From an uncultured Chloroflexia bacterium (GTDB taxonomy: Bacteria > Chloroflexota > Limnocylindria > Limnocylindrales > CSP1-4), in contig CAWEZH010000003.1 of the NCBI GenBank assembly GCA_963813535.1, positions 1-64,000 on the forward strand: a DNA stretch of 64,000 nt. Direction: 5' to 3'. Both the position numbers and the translations under genes were made by a program. Numbering within the stretch: position 1 is the stretch's first letter; each line of letters begins with the position of its first letter. The notes under the pieces were generated by a model. It was not told the DNA's origin, made no database searches, and worked only from the letters and a program-made list of their open reading frames with translations. This document shows, piece by piece, positions 27,821 to 39,335 of the stretch.

Positions 27821-28879
27821 TCAGCTTTCCGTGACGACGACCAACTTGTCGACCGCCAATTCGGCGCCCCACAGCTCGCCGGGTCGACCGAGCAGCTGGC
27901 GGACGGCCGCATCGGCACTCGGGAGCTCGACCGCGTCGAACTGCTCCGTGGACGGGTCGAACCGGACGATCGCGTTCGCGCCGAAATCGGTCAGCCAGAC
28001 GATGTCGCGGTCGTCCACGTAGACCGCATAGGCCTGCGGACCGCTGCCGGGGAGCGGCCACTCCTGCCACTCGCCGGTCGTCGGGTCGTGGACGCCGACC
28101 TGCCCCGCATCCCATTCCGCCACCCAGATCCGCCCGGTCGAGTCTGACCACACGCGTCGCGCCCCCTGGTCGGGAGTCGGCGGTTCGACGATCGAGGCCT
28201 CGCCCGATGACGTGTCGACGTGGGCGATATGGCTGCCGGCGAGCGATGCGTACCAGATGTCGCCGGCTGGGGTCGCATCGATGCCGTACGGGCCTCGGCC
28301 CTCCGGGTCGTCGAAGACGTCGATCTCGCCGGTCGCCGGGTCGAGCCGACCGTAGATCCCGGCCTGGCCTGTGAACCACAGCATGCCGTCGCCGTCGAAC
28401 GCCGCCGTGTTGAGGTTGGTGTTCGGACGGTCCGCGGGAAGCGGGAAGACGCGCACCTCATCGGTGGCGGGATCGACGCGGACGATGGCGTTCTGACCGC
28501 CGTCGGTGATCCATGCCGCGCCGTCGGGTCCGACGATCACACCGTGTGGCGCGGAGCCGTTTCCGAGCGGGATCTCGCGCACCGTGCCGGTCGCCGGGTC
28601 GAGGTGCCCGAGCGTGCCGACATGCTGGCCCGTGTACCAGACGCCACCGTCTGGGGCCGGGGCGACGTCGTGCGGGTGCGAGCCGGATGGGACGTCGAAC
28701 TCGCGGACGGTCAATCCGACCTCGGCCGCGGAGGTCGCCGGAGCGCTGGAGGACTGGGACGGGGTGGGCGTGTCTGACGCTTCGGACGGCGCGATGCTGG
28801 CGGATGGCGCGCTGCCGGCTGGGGCGCACGCGCTGGCGACGAGCATGGTGAGTGCGGCCGCCACGCGAATCCCTCGCAT
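27821..28879 (-). CDS. Virginiamycin B lyase (Vgb)-like beta-propeller lipoprotein
   Basis: LVASAC lipobox; repeats HPHDVAPAPDGGVWYT, GSAPHGVIVGPDGAAWITD, GPYGIDATPAGDIWY. Confidence 0.85.
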   Translation of the reverse strand: MRGIRVAAALTMLVASACAPAGSAPSASIAPSEASDTPTPSQSSSAPATSAAEVGLTVREFDVPSGSHPHDVAPAPDGGVWYTGQHVGTLGHLDPATGTVREIPLGNGSAPHGVIVGPDGAAWITDGGQNAIVRVDPATDEVRVFPLPADRPNTNLNTAAFDGDGMLWFTGQAGIYGRLDPATGEIDVFDDPEGRGPYGIDATPAGDIWYASLAGSHIAHVDTSSGEASIVEPPTPDQGARRVWSDSTGRIWVAEWDAGQVGVHDPTTGEWQEWPLPGSGPQAYAVYVDDRDIVWLTDFGANAIVRFDPSTEQFDAVELPSADAAVRQLLGRPGELWGAELAVDKLVVVTES

Positions 28880-28990
28880 GTCGCCAAGTCTGCCCAGCAT
28901 GGCGCGCGACGTCCACGACCCATGGCGAGACGCGATCCCGGCGACAGCATGCAATCGTATGACCGCATCGCCGATGCTACGCTTCATCCC

Positions 28991-30106
28991 ATGGCGCCCG
29001 AGACCGATCTCTCCGATCCCCGGTCGACGGATGACGCCGACGCGGGGGCGACCGGCGGCAACGGCACGCGCCGCCGCGATGCGCCTCCGACGATGCGCGA
29101 CATCGCGGCCCTGGCCGGCGTGTCGCAGAGCACCGTGTCACGCGTCCTCAACGATGTCGCGACGCGGGTGCCCATCACCGACGAGACGCGAACGCGCGTG
29201 CACGATGCTGCCCGCCAGCTCGGCTACCGGCCGAACCCGCTGGCGCGTGGCCTTCGGGGCGCCGCGACGATGCTGCTCGGGGCCGTCGTCCGCGACATCA
29301 CCGACCCCTTCTTCGCAGGGGCGATCGAAGCGCTGTCCGAGGAAGCGCGGTCGCGCGGCTACAACCTCGTGCTCGGTCACGCGCATGGCCGGGCGGATGA
29401 GGCGATCGCGCTGACGACGGTGCTCGAGACGAGGCATTGCGATGCGATCCTCCTCCTCGGCGATATGCAGGATCAGCCACGGCTGCTCAAGGACCTGCGG
29501 GACTCCATCGTCCCGGTTGTCGCGCTGTGGCAGGGGTCGAGTCCCCTCGACGTACCCACCGTGGACGTCGACAACCGCGCGGGCGTCCAGACCGCGCTCG
29601 AGCACCTCGTCGAGCTCGGCCACGCACGCATCGCCTTCGTGAGCGCCCGGCTGCTCGGGGACATCCGAGAGCGTGAAGCCGCGTTCGTCGAGTTCATGCA
29701 CGATCACTTCGGGGGCGTGCCGGAGGGCTACATCCGCCAGGTGCCCAACACGCCGACGGGTGGCGAGTCGGCAGCGCGCAACCTGCTCGATCTCGACCCG
29801 GCGCCGACCGCGATCGTGACCTCGACCGACACGTTGGCGATCGGGGTCCTCCACGAGATCCACAGTCTCGGCCGTACCGTGCCGGCCGACGTTTCGGTCG
29901 TCGGGTTCGACGACATCCTGTTCGCAAGCCATACCATCCCGGCGCTGACGACGCTGCGGATGCCGACCGCCGAGATCGTCCGCGAAGGCATGCATCTCGC
30001 GGTCGACGCCGCCCGCGACCCGCGTCAGCCGCGCGAGCCCACGGTCAAGGTCTTCGCCCCCTCGCTGATCGTCCGGCAGTCGACCGCGCCGCCCCGAACG
30101 AGCTAA
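28991..30106 (+). CDS. LacI-family regulator (probable arabinose operon repressor)
   Basis: Motifs TMRDIAALAGVSQSTVSRVLN, LGYRPNPLARGL, DVSVVGFDD, PALTT. TACGCT lies 7 nt before the ATG. Confidence 0.92.
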   Translation: MAPETDLSDPRSTDDADAGATGGNGTRRRDAPPTMRDIAALAGVSQSTVSRVLNDVATRVPITDETRTRVHDAARQLGYRPNPLARGLRGAATMLLGAVVRDITDPFFAGAIEALSEEARSRGYNLVLGHAHGRADEAIALTTVLETRHCDAILLLGDMQDQPRLLKDLRDSIVPVVALWQGSSPLDVPTVDVDNRAGVQTALEHLVELGHARIAFVSARLLGDIREREAAFVEFMHDHFGGVPEGYIRQVPNTPTGGESAARNLLDLDPAPTAIVTSTDTLAIGVLHEIHSLGRTVPADVSVVGFDDILFASHTIPALTTLRMPTAEIVREGMHLAVDAARDPRQPREPTVKVFAPSLIVRQSTAPPRTS

Positions 30107-31821
30107 CCGGGCGTCGCAGCAACCGGCTGCTCGACGGCCCCATCAGCCGAGGACAGCGCTTCCCCCTGGATCGCCCGCAGGCGCTTCATGACGTCGTTCG
30201 CGCCACGGCCGAAGTAGTCGTGGAGCAGGAGGTACTCGGCGTGCAGTCGAGCGTAGGTCTCGGCACTCGCCGGATCGGGCCGATAGGTGCGGGCGTGCGG
30301 GCGTGCCATCGCCGCAGCCGCCGCCTCGATGGAGTCGTAGCCGCCACCGGCAGCCCCTGCTGCCACCGTCGCGTACATCGCCGCACCCACCGCCGGCGCC
30401 TGGCTCGAGGCCGCAACGTCGACCTCACGACCCGTGATGTCGGCAGTGAGTTGCATCAGCAGGTGGTTGCGGTCCGGCAGGCCACCACACGCGACGATCC
30501 GATCCGTGGCCACGCCGGCGGCATCCAGCGAGTCGATGATCGCGCGAGTCCCGTGGGCGGTGGCCTCGAGGAGGGCGCGGTAGATGTCGGCCGGGCGGGT
30601 CGCGAGACTGGCGCCGACCAGCAGGCCGTTCAGGTGGGTGTCGACGAGGATCGACCGATTGCCGTTCCACCAGTCGAGCGCCAGCAGCCCACTCTCGCCC
30701 GGGCGCAGGCGCGCCGCCTCCCCTTCGAGGTAGGCATGGACGCTCTCTCCCGAACGGCGCGCCGCCTCGTGCACCTCCGGTGGGACGGCGTACCTGATGA
30801 ACCACGCGAAGATGTCACCCACCGCCGATTGGCCGGCCTCGAAGCCGAACAGGCCCGGGACGACCCCGTCCTCGACGACCCCGCACATGCCCTCCGCAAG
30901 GGCTTCGCGCTCGCCCAGCACCACGTGACAGGTGCTCGTGCCCATCACCGCGACCATCGTCCCGGGTCGGATCACGCCGACGGCGGGGACAGAGACGTGG
31001 GCGTCGACGTTGGCGACCGCGACCGGCGTTCCAGGCACGAGCCCGGTCCACGCGGCCGCCTCCGCGGTCAGGCCGCCGGCACGCTCCCCGAGGGGCCGGA
31101 CGTCGCGCGACATCTTCTCGTCCACGATCCGTTCGAACCGGGGGTCCAGGGCGGCGAAGAACGCAGGGTCCGGGAAGCCGTCGGCCTTCGACCAGATCGC
31201 CTTGTACCCGGCGGTACAGCCGTTGCGGACCTCGCGCCCGCTCAGGCGCCAGACGATCCAGTCGGCTGCTTCGATCATGCGGTCCGCGGCCGCATAGACG
31301 TGCGGCGCCTCGTCCAGGATCTGGAGGGCCTTCGAGTAGAACCACTCGGACGAGATGCGCCCGCCATACCGAGGCAGCCACGGTTCGCCACGGGACGCCG
31401 CCACCGCGTTGATGCGATCCGCCTCGGGCTGGGCGGCGTGGTGCTTCCAGAGCTTGACCCACGCGTGCGGCTCCGCCCGCAGCGCCGGGACCTCGCACAG
31501 CGGCACGCCCGTGTCCGTCGTCGGGAGCATCGTGCACGAGGTGAAGTCGATCCCGATCCCGACGACCTCGTCGGGTGTGGCCCGCGCGTTGCGAAGCACC
31601 TCGGGGACCGTGGTCTGGATCGTCGCGATGTAGTCGGCGGGATCCTGCAGCGCCCAGTCCGCCGCAAGTCGGACGTCCTCGTTCGGGGCCGGCAGGCACT
31701 CGTCGATCACGCCGTTGGCGTAGGCGTGGACGGCAGTCGCCACCTCCTCGCCGGTCGCGACATCGACGAGGACGGCGCGTCCACTCTCGGTCCCGAAATC
31801 GATCCCGACCGCGTACCTCAT
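30103..31821 (-). CDS. araB: Ribulokinase
   Basis: Motifs YAVGIDFGTESGRAVL, GIGIDFTSCT, VKLWKHHAAQ, MGTSTC, LDWWNGNRS. Confidence 0.95.
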   Translation of the reverse strand: MRYAVGIDFGTESGRAVLVDVATGEEVATAVHAYANGVIDECLPAPNEDVRLAADWALQDPADYIATIQTTVPEVLRNARATPDEVVGIGIDFTSCTMLPTTDTGVPLCEVPALRAEPHAWVKLWKHHAAQPEADRINAVAASRGEPWLPRYGGRISSEWFYSKALQILDEAPHVYAAADRMIEAADWIVWRLSGREVRNGCTAGYKAIWSKADGFPDPAFFAALDPRFERIVDEKMSRDVRPLGERAGGLTAEAAAWTGLVPGTPVAVANVDAHVSVPAVGVIRPGTMVAVMGTSTCHVVLGEREALAEGMCGVVEDGVVPGLFGFEAGQSAVGDIFAWFIRYAVPPEVHEAARRSGESVHAYLEGEAARLRPGESGLLALDWWNGNRSILVDTHLNGLLVGASLATRPADIYRALLEATAHGTRAIIDSLDAAGVATDRIVACGGLPDRNHLLMQLTADITGREVDVAASSQAPAVGAAMYATVAAGAAGGGYDSIEAAAAAMARPHARTYRPDPASAETYARLHAEYLLLHDYFGRGANDVMKRLRAIQGEALSSADGAVEQPVAATPG

Positions 31822-32531
31822 GACCGCGGCCGCTGCCCGTAGTACGCCCCGACGCCATGCTTGCGGTCGAAATGGCGGGCGAGGAGCGCCTCGCCGATCT
31901 CGGTGACGTTCGCCTCGATCGCGATGGTCTCGGACGCCATCGCCGCGACCGCCTCCAGGGCGATTACGACCTCGACGGCCGCCTGCGGTGTCGGACCCCA
32001 CGCGAACGGCCCATGCGAACCGACCAGCACCGCCGGCGCGTCCGTCGGGCTCCGACCCGCCTCCGCCAACGTCTCGACGATGACCCGGCCCGTCTCCCAT
32101 TCGTATTCCCCGGCGACCTCGTCGTCCCGGAGCGCCCGACTCACCGGCACCGACCCGCGGAAGTAGTCGGCGTGGGTCGTGCCAAGACAGGGGATGGCCC
32201 GACCCGCCTGTGCCCACGCCGTGGCGCTTCGGGAGTGGGTATGCACGATCCCGCCGACGTCCGGAAAGGTGCGGTAGAGGTATCGATGGGTCGGCGTATC
32301 GGTCGATGGCCGGAGCGACCCCTCGACGACGCCGCCGTCCTCGAGGTCGACCACGACCATGTTCTCCGGCTGCAGCTCCGCGTAGGGCACGCCGCTGGGC
32401 TTGATGACCATGACGCCGGCCGTACGGTCGACGCCGCTGACGTTGCCGAAGGACAGGGTGACCAGCCCGGCATCGTGGATGCCCGTGTTCGCAGCGGCGA
32501 CCGTGGCGCGCAGCTCGGCCAGGTCGTTCAT
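31818..32531 (-). CDS. araD: L-ribulose-5-phosphate 4-epimerase
   Basis: Motifs FGNVSG, IKPSGV, PSTDTPTH, HTHS, GTTHADYF, HGPF, RKHGVGAYYGQ. Confidence 0.95.
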   Translation of the reverse strand: MNDLAELRATVAAANTGIHDAGLVTLSFGNVSGVDRTAGVMVIKPSGVPYAELQPENMVVVDLEDGGVVEGSLRPSTDTPTHRYLYRTFPDVGGIVHTHSRSATAWAQAGRAIPCLGTTHADYFRGSVPVSRALRDDEVAGEYEWETGRVIVETLAEAGRSPTDAPAVLVGSHGPFAWGPTPQAAVEVVIALEAVAAMASETIAIEANVTEIGEALLARHFDRKHGVGAYYGQRPRS

Positions 32532-34417
32532 CCCGGTCCGGCCGGGATCCAGACCCGCATCGCCTCGACGTTCCGGTTGCCCCAGGTGAAGTACGGGATG
32601 GCCTGCACCGGCAGGTCGGGCGGCGTCGCGGCCGTCGTCACCACGCCGAGGACGCCGGCGCCGAGATCGGGCCGCGGGACCGTTCGAACCTCGGCGGACG
32701 GCCGGACGGCGACATCCTCGAGCGAGGTGCCGGGCGGAAGATCGGCCGTCTCGAACGCATAGACGAGTGGCCCGCGCTCGAAGGCGATCGACCCCCGGAT
32801 CGCATCGACGCGACGGTCCGGGTGCACGAGCCGGACCTCCGACGGCAGCTCGAGCGTCAGCCGGTCGCCGGCCTGCCACGCTCGCCGTTCCGAGGTGGTG
32901 CGTCCGCTGAGGGCAGTGGTGGCCCCGTCCGGCGTTCGGAGCGTCGTCCCGTCCGCCCAGCCCGGGACGCGCAGGGTGAGCGTCCAGGGTTCGACGGGTG
33001 TCTCATGCACGGTCACCTCGACCCGCCCGTCCCACGGGTACTCGGTCGTCATGGACAGGCTGACGCGGCCGCCGGCCAGGTCCGCCTCGACGTCGCCGTC
33101 GACGAACTGGTGGATCTGTATCCCATCCGGGTCGTGCGTCGCGACGAATTGCGGGAACGAGGCGATGGTCCGCATCAGGTTGGGCGGGCAGCAGGCGCAC
33201 GCATACCACGTCGCACGTTCGCCCTGGCCGGGTTGGGCCCACGCCCGTTCCGTCCGGCGTTGGAGTGGATTGACGTAGAAGAACCGCGTGCCGTCCTGCG
33301 AGAGCGCCGGGAGGACGGCGTTGTACAGGGTGCGCTCGATGACGTCGGCGCACTCTGGGTCGCCCGTGGCCAGGAGGAGCCGCCAGGCGAGCATCACCGA
33401 TGCGATGGCCGCACACGTCTCGGCGTAGGCGAGGTCCGGCGGGAGCTCGAACGGATCGCCGAATGCCTCGTCGCGATGCCGGCTGCCGAGGGCACCCGTC
33501 ATGTACATGCGGGTCGCCACCATGTCGCGCCATCGACGCATGACCGCGTCGAGCAGCGCTTGGTCCCCTTGCTCGACGGCGACGTCGACGGCGCCGCAAT
33601 CGAGGTAGAGCTGGCGCACCGCGTGTCCCACCACCGACGGCGCCTCCGCGACCGGGAGGTGGTCCTGCCAGTAGCCCGGTCCGAACCGCCCGCTGCCGAG
33701 CAGACCGTGACCTCGGCGTTCGATCAGGACGGTGGCGAAATCGAGGTAGCGCCGCTCGCCGGTCGCGCGGTAGAGCTCCACGAGGGCCATCTCGAACTCG
33801 GGATGACCTTCGATGGCCTCGCGGCCTTCCGGCCCGAGCTCTCGCTCGGCGGATGCGACCGCACGCTCGGCGACGAGGAGGAGACGATCGTCGCCGAGCG
33901 CACGGTGCCAGGCGATCGCCGCCTGGAGGAGATGGCCGTAGCAGTACAGCTCGTGGCCCCAGGCCAGGTCGCGGTACTCGGTCCCGGGAGCCAGGATCTG
34001 CACGAAGGTGTTGAGGTAGCCATCAGACCGCTGGGCGGACACGATGAGCCCGATGGCCTCATCGGCCATCTCGCCGATGCGGGCATCCCACGCTCGGCCG
34101 AGCTCCCAGCCAGCCCCCTCGAGCCACTTGTAGACGTCCGAGTCGAGGAAGGGAAACGGCTTGTCGAACATGAGCCCGAGAGCCCGATAGCCGTCGCCGG
34201 CCGCTGCGGCACCCGCGGCGAGCGTGAAGTTGTGCAGGGTGCCGGCGCTCCGGAGCTGCTCGAAGCCGGCGGGGATGGTCCGCTCGCGATTGGTCGCCAG
34301 CCGGTCCGCCCAGAAGCCCCCCGTGACCCGCACATCCGAGGCGGCGAGGGGACGGAAGGTCGACGATGCGCCGCTGGTCGGAAGCACGCTCGGGTCCCGT
34401 GCTGATGTGATCGCCAT
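32528..34417 (-). CDS. GH127 beta-L-arabinofuranosidase
   Basis: Motifs FLDSDVYKWLE, HELYCYGH, GHPEFE, GHAVRQLY, YAETCA, CACCPPN (Cys/Zn site). Confidence 0.93.
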   Translation of the reverse strand: MAITSARDPSVLPTSGASSTFRPLAASDVRVTGGFWADRLATNRERTIPAGFEQLRSAGTLHNFTLAAGAAAAGDGYRALGLMFDKPFPFLDSDVYKWLEGAGWELGRAWDARIGEMADEAIGLIVSAQRSDGYLNTFVQILAPGTEYRDLAWGHELYCYGHLLQAAIAWHRALGDDRLLLVAERAVASAERELGPEGREAIEGHPEFEMALVELYRATGERRYLDFATVLIERRGHGLLGSGRFGPGYWQDHLPVAEAPSVVGHAVRQLYLDCGAVDVAVEQGDQALLDAVMRRWRDMVATRMYMTGALGSRHRDEAFGDPFELPPDLAYAETCAAIASVMLAWRLLLATGDPECADVIERTLYNAVLPALSQDGTRFFYVNPLQRRTERAWAQPGQGERATWYACACCPPNLMRTIASFPQFVATHDPDGIQIHQFVDGDVEADLAGGRVSLSMTTEYPWDGRVEVTVHETPVEPWTLTLRVPGWADGTTLRTPDGATTALSGRTTSERRAWQAGDRLTLELPSEVRLVHPDRRVDAIRGSIAFERGPLVYAFETADLPPGTSLEDVAVRPSAEVRTVPRPDLGAGVLGVVTTAATPPDLPVQAIPYFTWGNRNVEAMRVWIPAGPG

Positions 34418-34419
34418 GA

Positions 34420-35925
34420 CTACGGACCGCGGTTGACGTAGTAGAAGGCCTGGTTCCAACGCAACTCGCGCTTGAAGTCGGCCGCCGTGGTGTCGGCACC
34501 GATCGTCACGAGCTCGATGTCGGCGATGTCCGCGAAGTCGACCAGCGGTTCCATGCCGAGACTCGTCGTGAGGGCCGTGTGATGCGGGCCGCCCGCCATG
34601 AGCCACGCTTCGGCGGCCGTGGCGAGCGTGGGACGCGGTCGCCACACGGCTCGTGCGACCGGAAGCTTGGGCAATGGTTCCTCGGCCCGCACGATGTCGA
34701 CCTCGCTGGCGATCATGCGGAACCGATCCCCGAGATCCGCGAGGCCGACCACGACGGCGGGGCCAGGCGAGGCATCGAAGACGAGGCGGACCGGGTCGGC
34801 ACGGCCGCCGATGGCGAGCGGATGGATCTCGCATGACGGCCGGTCACGCGTCAGCGACGGACAGACCTCGAGCATGTGGGCGCCAAGGACCTCGGGCACC
34901 GGATCGCCCAGGTGGTACGTGTAGTCCTCCATGAACGACGTCCCGCCCGGCAGCCCGGTCGCCATGACCTTGAGGACGCGGACGAGCGCGGCGGCCTTCC
35001 AGTCCCCTTCCGCACCGAACCCGTAGCCGTCCGCCATCAGCCGCTGGACGCCGATGCCCGGCAATTGTTCGAGCGCGCCGAGGTCCTCGAACGTGTCGGT
35101 GAGGGCGGCGAAACCGCCATCCTCGAGGAATGACCGCATGCCGGCCTCGATGCGCGCCGCCGTCCGCAACGCATCGTGGCGATCGCCACCCGCTCGCAGC
35201 GCTGGCACGACGTCGTAGGAACTCTCGTACGCATCGATGAGCGCCGTGACCTCGGTCTCGGGGACGGCCGATACGCGATCGGCGAGGTCGTTGACGCCGT
35301 AGCCGTTGACGGAGAAACCGAGCCGGAGCTGGGCCTCGACCTTGTCGCCCTCGGTCACGGCGACCTGGCGCATGTTGTCGCCGAACCGGGCGATCTTCAG
35401 CCGCCTGGCCTCGTGCCATCCCGCCGCCGCCCGTGCCCACGAGCCGAGTCGGGACGTCACGGCCGGGTCCTGCCAGTGCCCGACGACCGTCTTCCGGCCG
35501 CGCCGCAACCGCGTCTGGATGAACGCGAACTCGCGATCGCCGTGGGCGGCCTGATGGAGGTTCATGAAGTCCATGTCGATCTCGGCCCACGGGAGATCGC
35601 GGTTGTACTGCGTGTGGAGATGGACGAGCGGCTTGCGCAGATCGGCCAGCCCGCCGATCCACATCTTTGCCGGCGAGAACGTGTGCATCCAGGTGATCAC
35701 CCCGACGCACTGGGCGGCCGTATCGGCCTCCTGCAGGACGCTGCTGATGCCCTCCGGCGTGCTGACGACGGTCTTCGCGACGACCCTCACCGGGACGTCG
35801 GCGGACTCGTCGAGACAGGCAGCGATGTGCCGGGCGTTCTCATCGACCTTCTGGAGCACGTCGTCGCCGTACAGGTCCTGGCTGCCCGTCACGAACCACG
35901 CCTCGAGGTGCTGCAGGTCCGTCAT
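34420..35925 (-). CDS. araA: L-arabinose isomerase
   Basis: Motifs [61 protein letters not shown]. Confidence 0.96.
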   Translation of the reverse strand: MTDLQHLEAWFVTGSQDLYGDDVLQKVDENARHIAACLDESADVPVRVVAKTVVSTPEGISSVLQEADTAAQCVGVITWMHTFSPAKMWIGGLADLRKPLVHLHTQYNRDLPWAEIDMDFMNLHQAAHGDREFAFIQTRLRRGRKTVVGHWQDPAVTSRLGSWARAAAGWHEARRLKIARFGDNMRQVAVTEGDKVEAQLRLGFSVNGYGVNDLADRVSAVPETEVTALIDAYESSYDVVPALRAGGDRHDALRTAARIEAGMRSFLEDGGFAALTDTFEDLGALEQLPGIGVQRLMADGYGFGAEGDWKAAALVRVLKVMATGLPGGTSFMEDYTYHLGDPVPEVLGAHMLEVCPSLTRDRPSCEIHPLAIGGRADPVRLVFDASPGPAVVVGLADLGDRFRMIASEVDIVRAEEPLPKLPVARAVWRPRPTLATAAEAWLMAGGPHHTALTTSLGMEPLVDFADIADIELVTIGADTTAADFKRELRWNQAFYYVNRGP

Positions 35926-35954
35926 CGACGCCACCGCTCGACTCGCTCGGGCGA

Positions 35955-36858
35955 TCACTTGAGCGCTCCCTGGGTCAGACCCGACACGTAGTAGCGCTGC
36001 AGGAGCAGGTAGAAGAGGACACACGGGATGATCGAGATCGTCACGCCGGCCTGGAGCATCCCCCAGTCCGTGCCTCCGAGGCTCGTCTCGGTTCGGGCGG
36101 CCGCGAGGATGACCGGCAGCGTGAACGAGGACGCCCTGCTGTTCATCACGAGCGACCCGAGCAGCTCGTTCCACGAGGTGATGAAGGCGAACAGGGCCAC
36201 CGTGACGATGGCCGGCACGACCGCCGGCAGGAGGACCCGGGTCAGGACCTGCCAGCTCCCCGCCCCATCGATGACCGCGGCCTCCTCGAGCTCGCGCGGG
36301 ATCGCCTCGAAGCTGTTGCGCATGATGTAGAGGCTGAACGGCAGCTGGATCGTGGTGTGCAGGATCGCCGAGACCGACGATCGTGTTCGTCAGCTTGAGC
36401 TGGACGAACATCAGGAACATCGGGGTCAGCAGCGCCTGGTACGGGATGATCAGCGCCATCAGCAGGAAGACGAACAGGATCTCCTTGCCCGGGATCGGCA
36501 GGCGAGCCAGCGCGAAACCGGCAGGGATCGTGAGGGCCAGGGCGAACACGATCGTCAGGGCCGCCGTGCCGAGGCTGTTGAACAGGTAATGGGGCAACCC
36601 GGCCTGGTAGTCCCACAGGCGCACGTAGCTGTCGAAGCTCAGCTGACTCGGGAGATAGGTCGGCGGAACGGCGGCGGCCTCTGCGGTCGTCTTCAGCGAT
36701 GCCAGGATCGACAAGACGATGGGCAGGATCATCACCGTGCAGATGGCCACACAGATCGCGCCGGTCAGCAGGCGATTCCGGCCCTCGAGTGCGCGGCGCG
36801 GCATCCGACGGACGCGATCCACGGCCGCGGGAGTCGTCGCCACTGACCCGGCACTCAT
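35955..36858 (-). CDS. Carbohydrate ABC transporter permease (MalG-like) with +1 frameshift near 36368
   Basis: N-half (SLKT, YLFNS, AGFALAR) and C-half ([29 protein letters not shown] motif) are in different frames. Span 904 nt = 3n+1. Confidence 0.88.
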
Positions 36859-36859
36859 G

Positions 36860-37738
36860 TCAGACGTGGCTCCGCCGCGTCAGGAACAGCTGCACCACGG
36901 TGAAGACGAGGATGATCGCGGCAAGGATCAACGACAGGGCCGCGCCGTACCCGAGCTTGAGGTACGGGAAGGAATTCAGGTAGACGTAGAAGACCGCCGT
37001 GGCCGTCCGATTGAACGGCTGTCCCGCGGTCATGACGTAGAACTGGTCGAACGCCAGCAGCGAGCCGATGACGCTGATCAGCGTGACCAGCAGGATCGTT
37101 CGGCGGGTCAGCGGCAGCGTGATGTGCAGGACGCGCTGCCTCACGCTGGCCCCATCGACCATCGTCGCCTCGTTGATCTCCGAGGGGATGGCCTGGATGG
37201 CCGCGACGAACAGGAGCATCCCGAAGCCCAGGACCTTCCAGACGATCGAGACGATGATCGCCCACGTCGAGAGCCAGGCGTCGGTGCCGAGCCAGTTGAT
37301 CGGCTTGTCGATCAGGCCGACGTCGATGAGTGCCGTGTTGATGTAGCCGAAGGTCGGGTTGAACAGCCAATACCAGAGCAGGCTCGACACGCCCAGCCCG
37401 ATGACGACCGGCACGAAGACGACCGTCCTCGTCAGTCGGTTGAGCGCCCGGTTCCCGGTGACCAACAGGGCCAGCAGGTACCCACCGACCATGAGGATCG
37501 GGGTGATCAGCAGGGTGTACTGGAGGCTGTAGATCAGCGATACCCAGAACTGCCGGTCGGCGAATGCCCGCGTGAAGTTGCCGATCCCGACGAAATTGGG
37601 CGGCGTGATCAGTGACCAGCTGTTGAACGAGACCCAGACCATCTGGATGAACGGGTATGCCGTGAAGACGAGCACGAAGAGCAGCGCCGGGGCCAGATAG
37701 GCGAGCCCGATGAGCTTGAAGCGGCGCGTTGCGTACAC
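36860..37738 (-). CDS. Carbohydrate ABC transporter permease (MalF-like)
   Basis: Motifs [44 protein letters not shown]; GGAGG RBS. Confidence 0.93.
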   Translation of the reverse strand: MYATRRFKLIGLAYLAPALLFVLVFTAYPFIQMVWVSFNSWSLITPPNFVGIGNFTRAFADRQFWVSLIYSLQYTLLITPILMVGGYLLALLVTGNRALNRLTRTVVFVPVVIGLGVSSLLWYWLFNPTFGYINTALIDVGLIDKPINWLGTDAWLSTWAIIVSIVWKVLGFGMLLFVAAIQAIPSEINEATMVDGASVRQRVLHITLPLTRRTILLVTLISVIGSLLAFDQFYVMTAGQPFNRTATAVFYVYLNSFPYLKLGYGAALSLILAAIILVFTVVQLFLTRRSHV

Positions 37739-37807
37739 GCTCGACCTCCGGATGGGACTGGCGCCGACCGAGACGGCCGGTCAGCCGATCGACCTCCGAC
37801 GATACGT

Positions 37808-37838
37808 GGCCGCGGTACTTCGGAGAAGCACCGCGGCC
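37808..37838 (-). terminator. Stem-loop between the substrate-binding protein and permease genes
   Basis: GGCCGCGGTGCTTC-TCC-GAAGTACCGCGGCC on the minus strand, in the usual position for an mRNA-stabilising or attenuating hairpin after an SBP gene. Confidence 0.55.
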
Positions 37839-37863
37839 GACGTCGTCAGTTTGGGCGGGCAGC

Positions 37864-39261
37864 CTAGGTCGGCTGGCAGGAGATGCCCTTCATCGCCTCC
37901 TTGGTCTCGTTGATCACCGTGTCGAGGTCGTCCTCGGTGTAGTAGGCCCGCTGGAGCATCTGCAGCCACGGACCCTGCGGGGAGTTGATCTGCTCGAAGA
38001 ACGTCAGCGTGTACGGGGTGCGGCCGACTTCGAGCGCCTTGGCCACATCCTGCACCAGCGGCTCCGCCTGGAAGTACTTGTTGTCGGCCATGTCCGAGCG
38101 GGTCGTGAGGTTGAGCAGCTTCGCGTAGCCCTCGACCTGCTCGTTGTCCGAGAGGATGAACTTCATGAACTCGACGGCGTCGGTGACGCGGTCGCTGCCG
38201 TTCGGGACGACGACGAGGTCGCCGCCGATGAACGACGCGGACGACCCTGGCGCCTCGCCCGGCAGGTTGGCGATGCCGTATTCGAACTCGTGGCCCTTCA
38301 TCTGGTCGTTGGCCAGCGTGATGTTGAAGTTGCCGGTGCCCATCATGCCGAGCGTCCCGGACCCGAACTGCAGGTGGAAGGTCTCACCGTTCTCCGACCG
38401 GGCTCCTTCCGGGACGTTCCCGGCCTTGATCTGATCACGTGCCCACTGGAGCACGGTCTTGATGCCCGGGCCGGTCAGCGGCTCGTCGCCGCACTTGCCG
38501 GCCTCGATCTGGGCCTCCGAGGCCCACATCAGCGGACCGACGGTGAAGATGTTGCAGCCGGCGCAGTTGCCCGGCAGGTAGTACCCCTTGGTGTCGCCAC
38601 CGAGCGCCGTGATCTTGTCCGCGAACTCGCGGACCTCGGCCAGGCTGGTCGGCGGCTTGGTCGGATCCAGTCCTGCCTTCTCGAACAGGGACTTGTTGTA
38701 GAAGAGCGCCGACACGTCGGCGTAGAGGGGAACGCCGTAGAGGCGCTCATTGAACGTCGCGACGGACATGTGCCCGGGGCTCGCGGTCGTGAGCTCAGGC
38801 CAGTCCTTGATCATGTCCGTGAGATCCACGAGCTGTCCCGCGTTCTCGAACTGCGGGGCGTAGATCAGGTCCATGCCCATCAGATCGGGCACCTCGCCCG
38901 AGGCGATGCCCTGGGCGATCTTGCCGACCATCTCGGCATGGGGGATGTAGCTGAGGTTGATCGGCTTCGCCGCGTTGGCCGTGTTCCAGTCGCAGACGAG
39001 CTGATCGACCATGCCCTTGTTACCGCCCGAGCGCTCCCACATCTGGAGCGCGTTCGGATCGGCGCTCTGCGCGCAATCGGCGGCGGGCTCCGGTGTCGTG
39101 ACGGCCGCCGGAGCGGATTCCGACGCGGCCGCTGATCCGCTGGCCGCCGCACTGGCAGATGCCCCGGCCGACGGCGCGGTGGTCGGTGTCCCGGTGCTAC
39201 ACGCGACGCTCGCGAGGATCACCACGATCGCGAGGGCCCACAGCCGAAGTTGGCTCCTCAT
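37864..39261 (-). CDS. Sugar ABC transporter substrate-binding lipoprotein
   Basis: Lipobox SVAC; Ala/Ser linker; GEVPDLM, LYGVPLYADVSALFYNKSLFEKAGLD; GGAGGAG RBS. Confidence 0.93.
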   Translation of the reverse strand: MRSQLRLWALAIVVILASVACSTGTPTTAPSAGASASAAASGSAAASESAPAAVTTPEPAADCAQSADPNALQMWERSGGNKGMVDQLVCDWNTANAAKPINLSYIPHAEMVGKIAQGIASGEVPDLMGMDLIYAPQFENAGQLVDLTDMIKDWPELTTASPGHMSVATFNERLYGVPLYADVSALFYNKSLFEKAGLDPTKPPTSLAEVREFADKITALGGDTKGYYLPGNCAGCNIFTVGPLMWASEAQIEAGKCGDEPLTGPGIKTVLQWARDQIKAGNVPEGARSENGETFHLQFGSGTLGMMGTGNFNITLANDQMKGHEFEYGIANLPGEAPGSSASFIGGDLVVVPNGSDRVTDAVEFMKFILSDNEQVEGYAKLLNLTTRSDMADNKYFQAEPLVQDVAKALEVGRTPYTLTFFEQINSPQGPWLQMLQRAYYTEDDLDTVINETKEAMKGISCQPT

Positions 39262-39335
39262 CCCTGTGCTCCTCCATGAACCACTCCGGCGGTCCGGCCA
39301 GCGGGATGCTGCCTCCGGTCCCCTCGAGCTGTGTC

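Noticed and set aside
27821-28879. Bona fide streptogramin resistance gene vgb
   Set aside because: Only fold-level similarity is visible, and it has a lipoprotein signal. Resistance cannot be supported from the sequence alone.
34420-36858. 812-aa permease-AraA fusion
   Set aside because: Artefact of the +1 frameshift at about 36368. The linker is out-of-frame permease sequence, and the permease C-half with its own stop (35955) lies in another frame.
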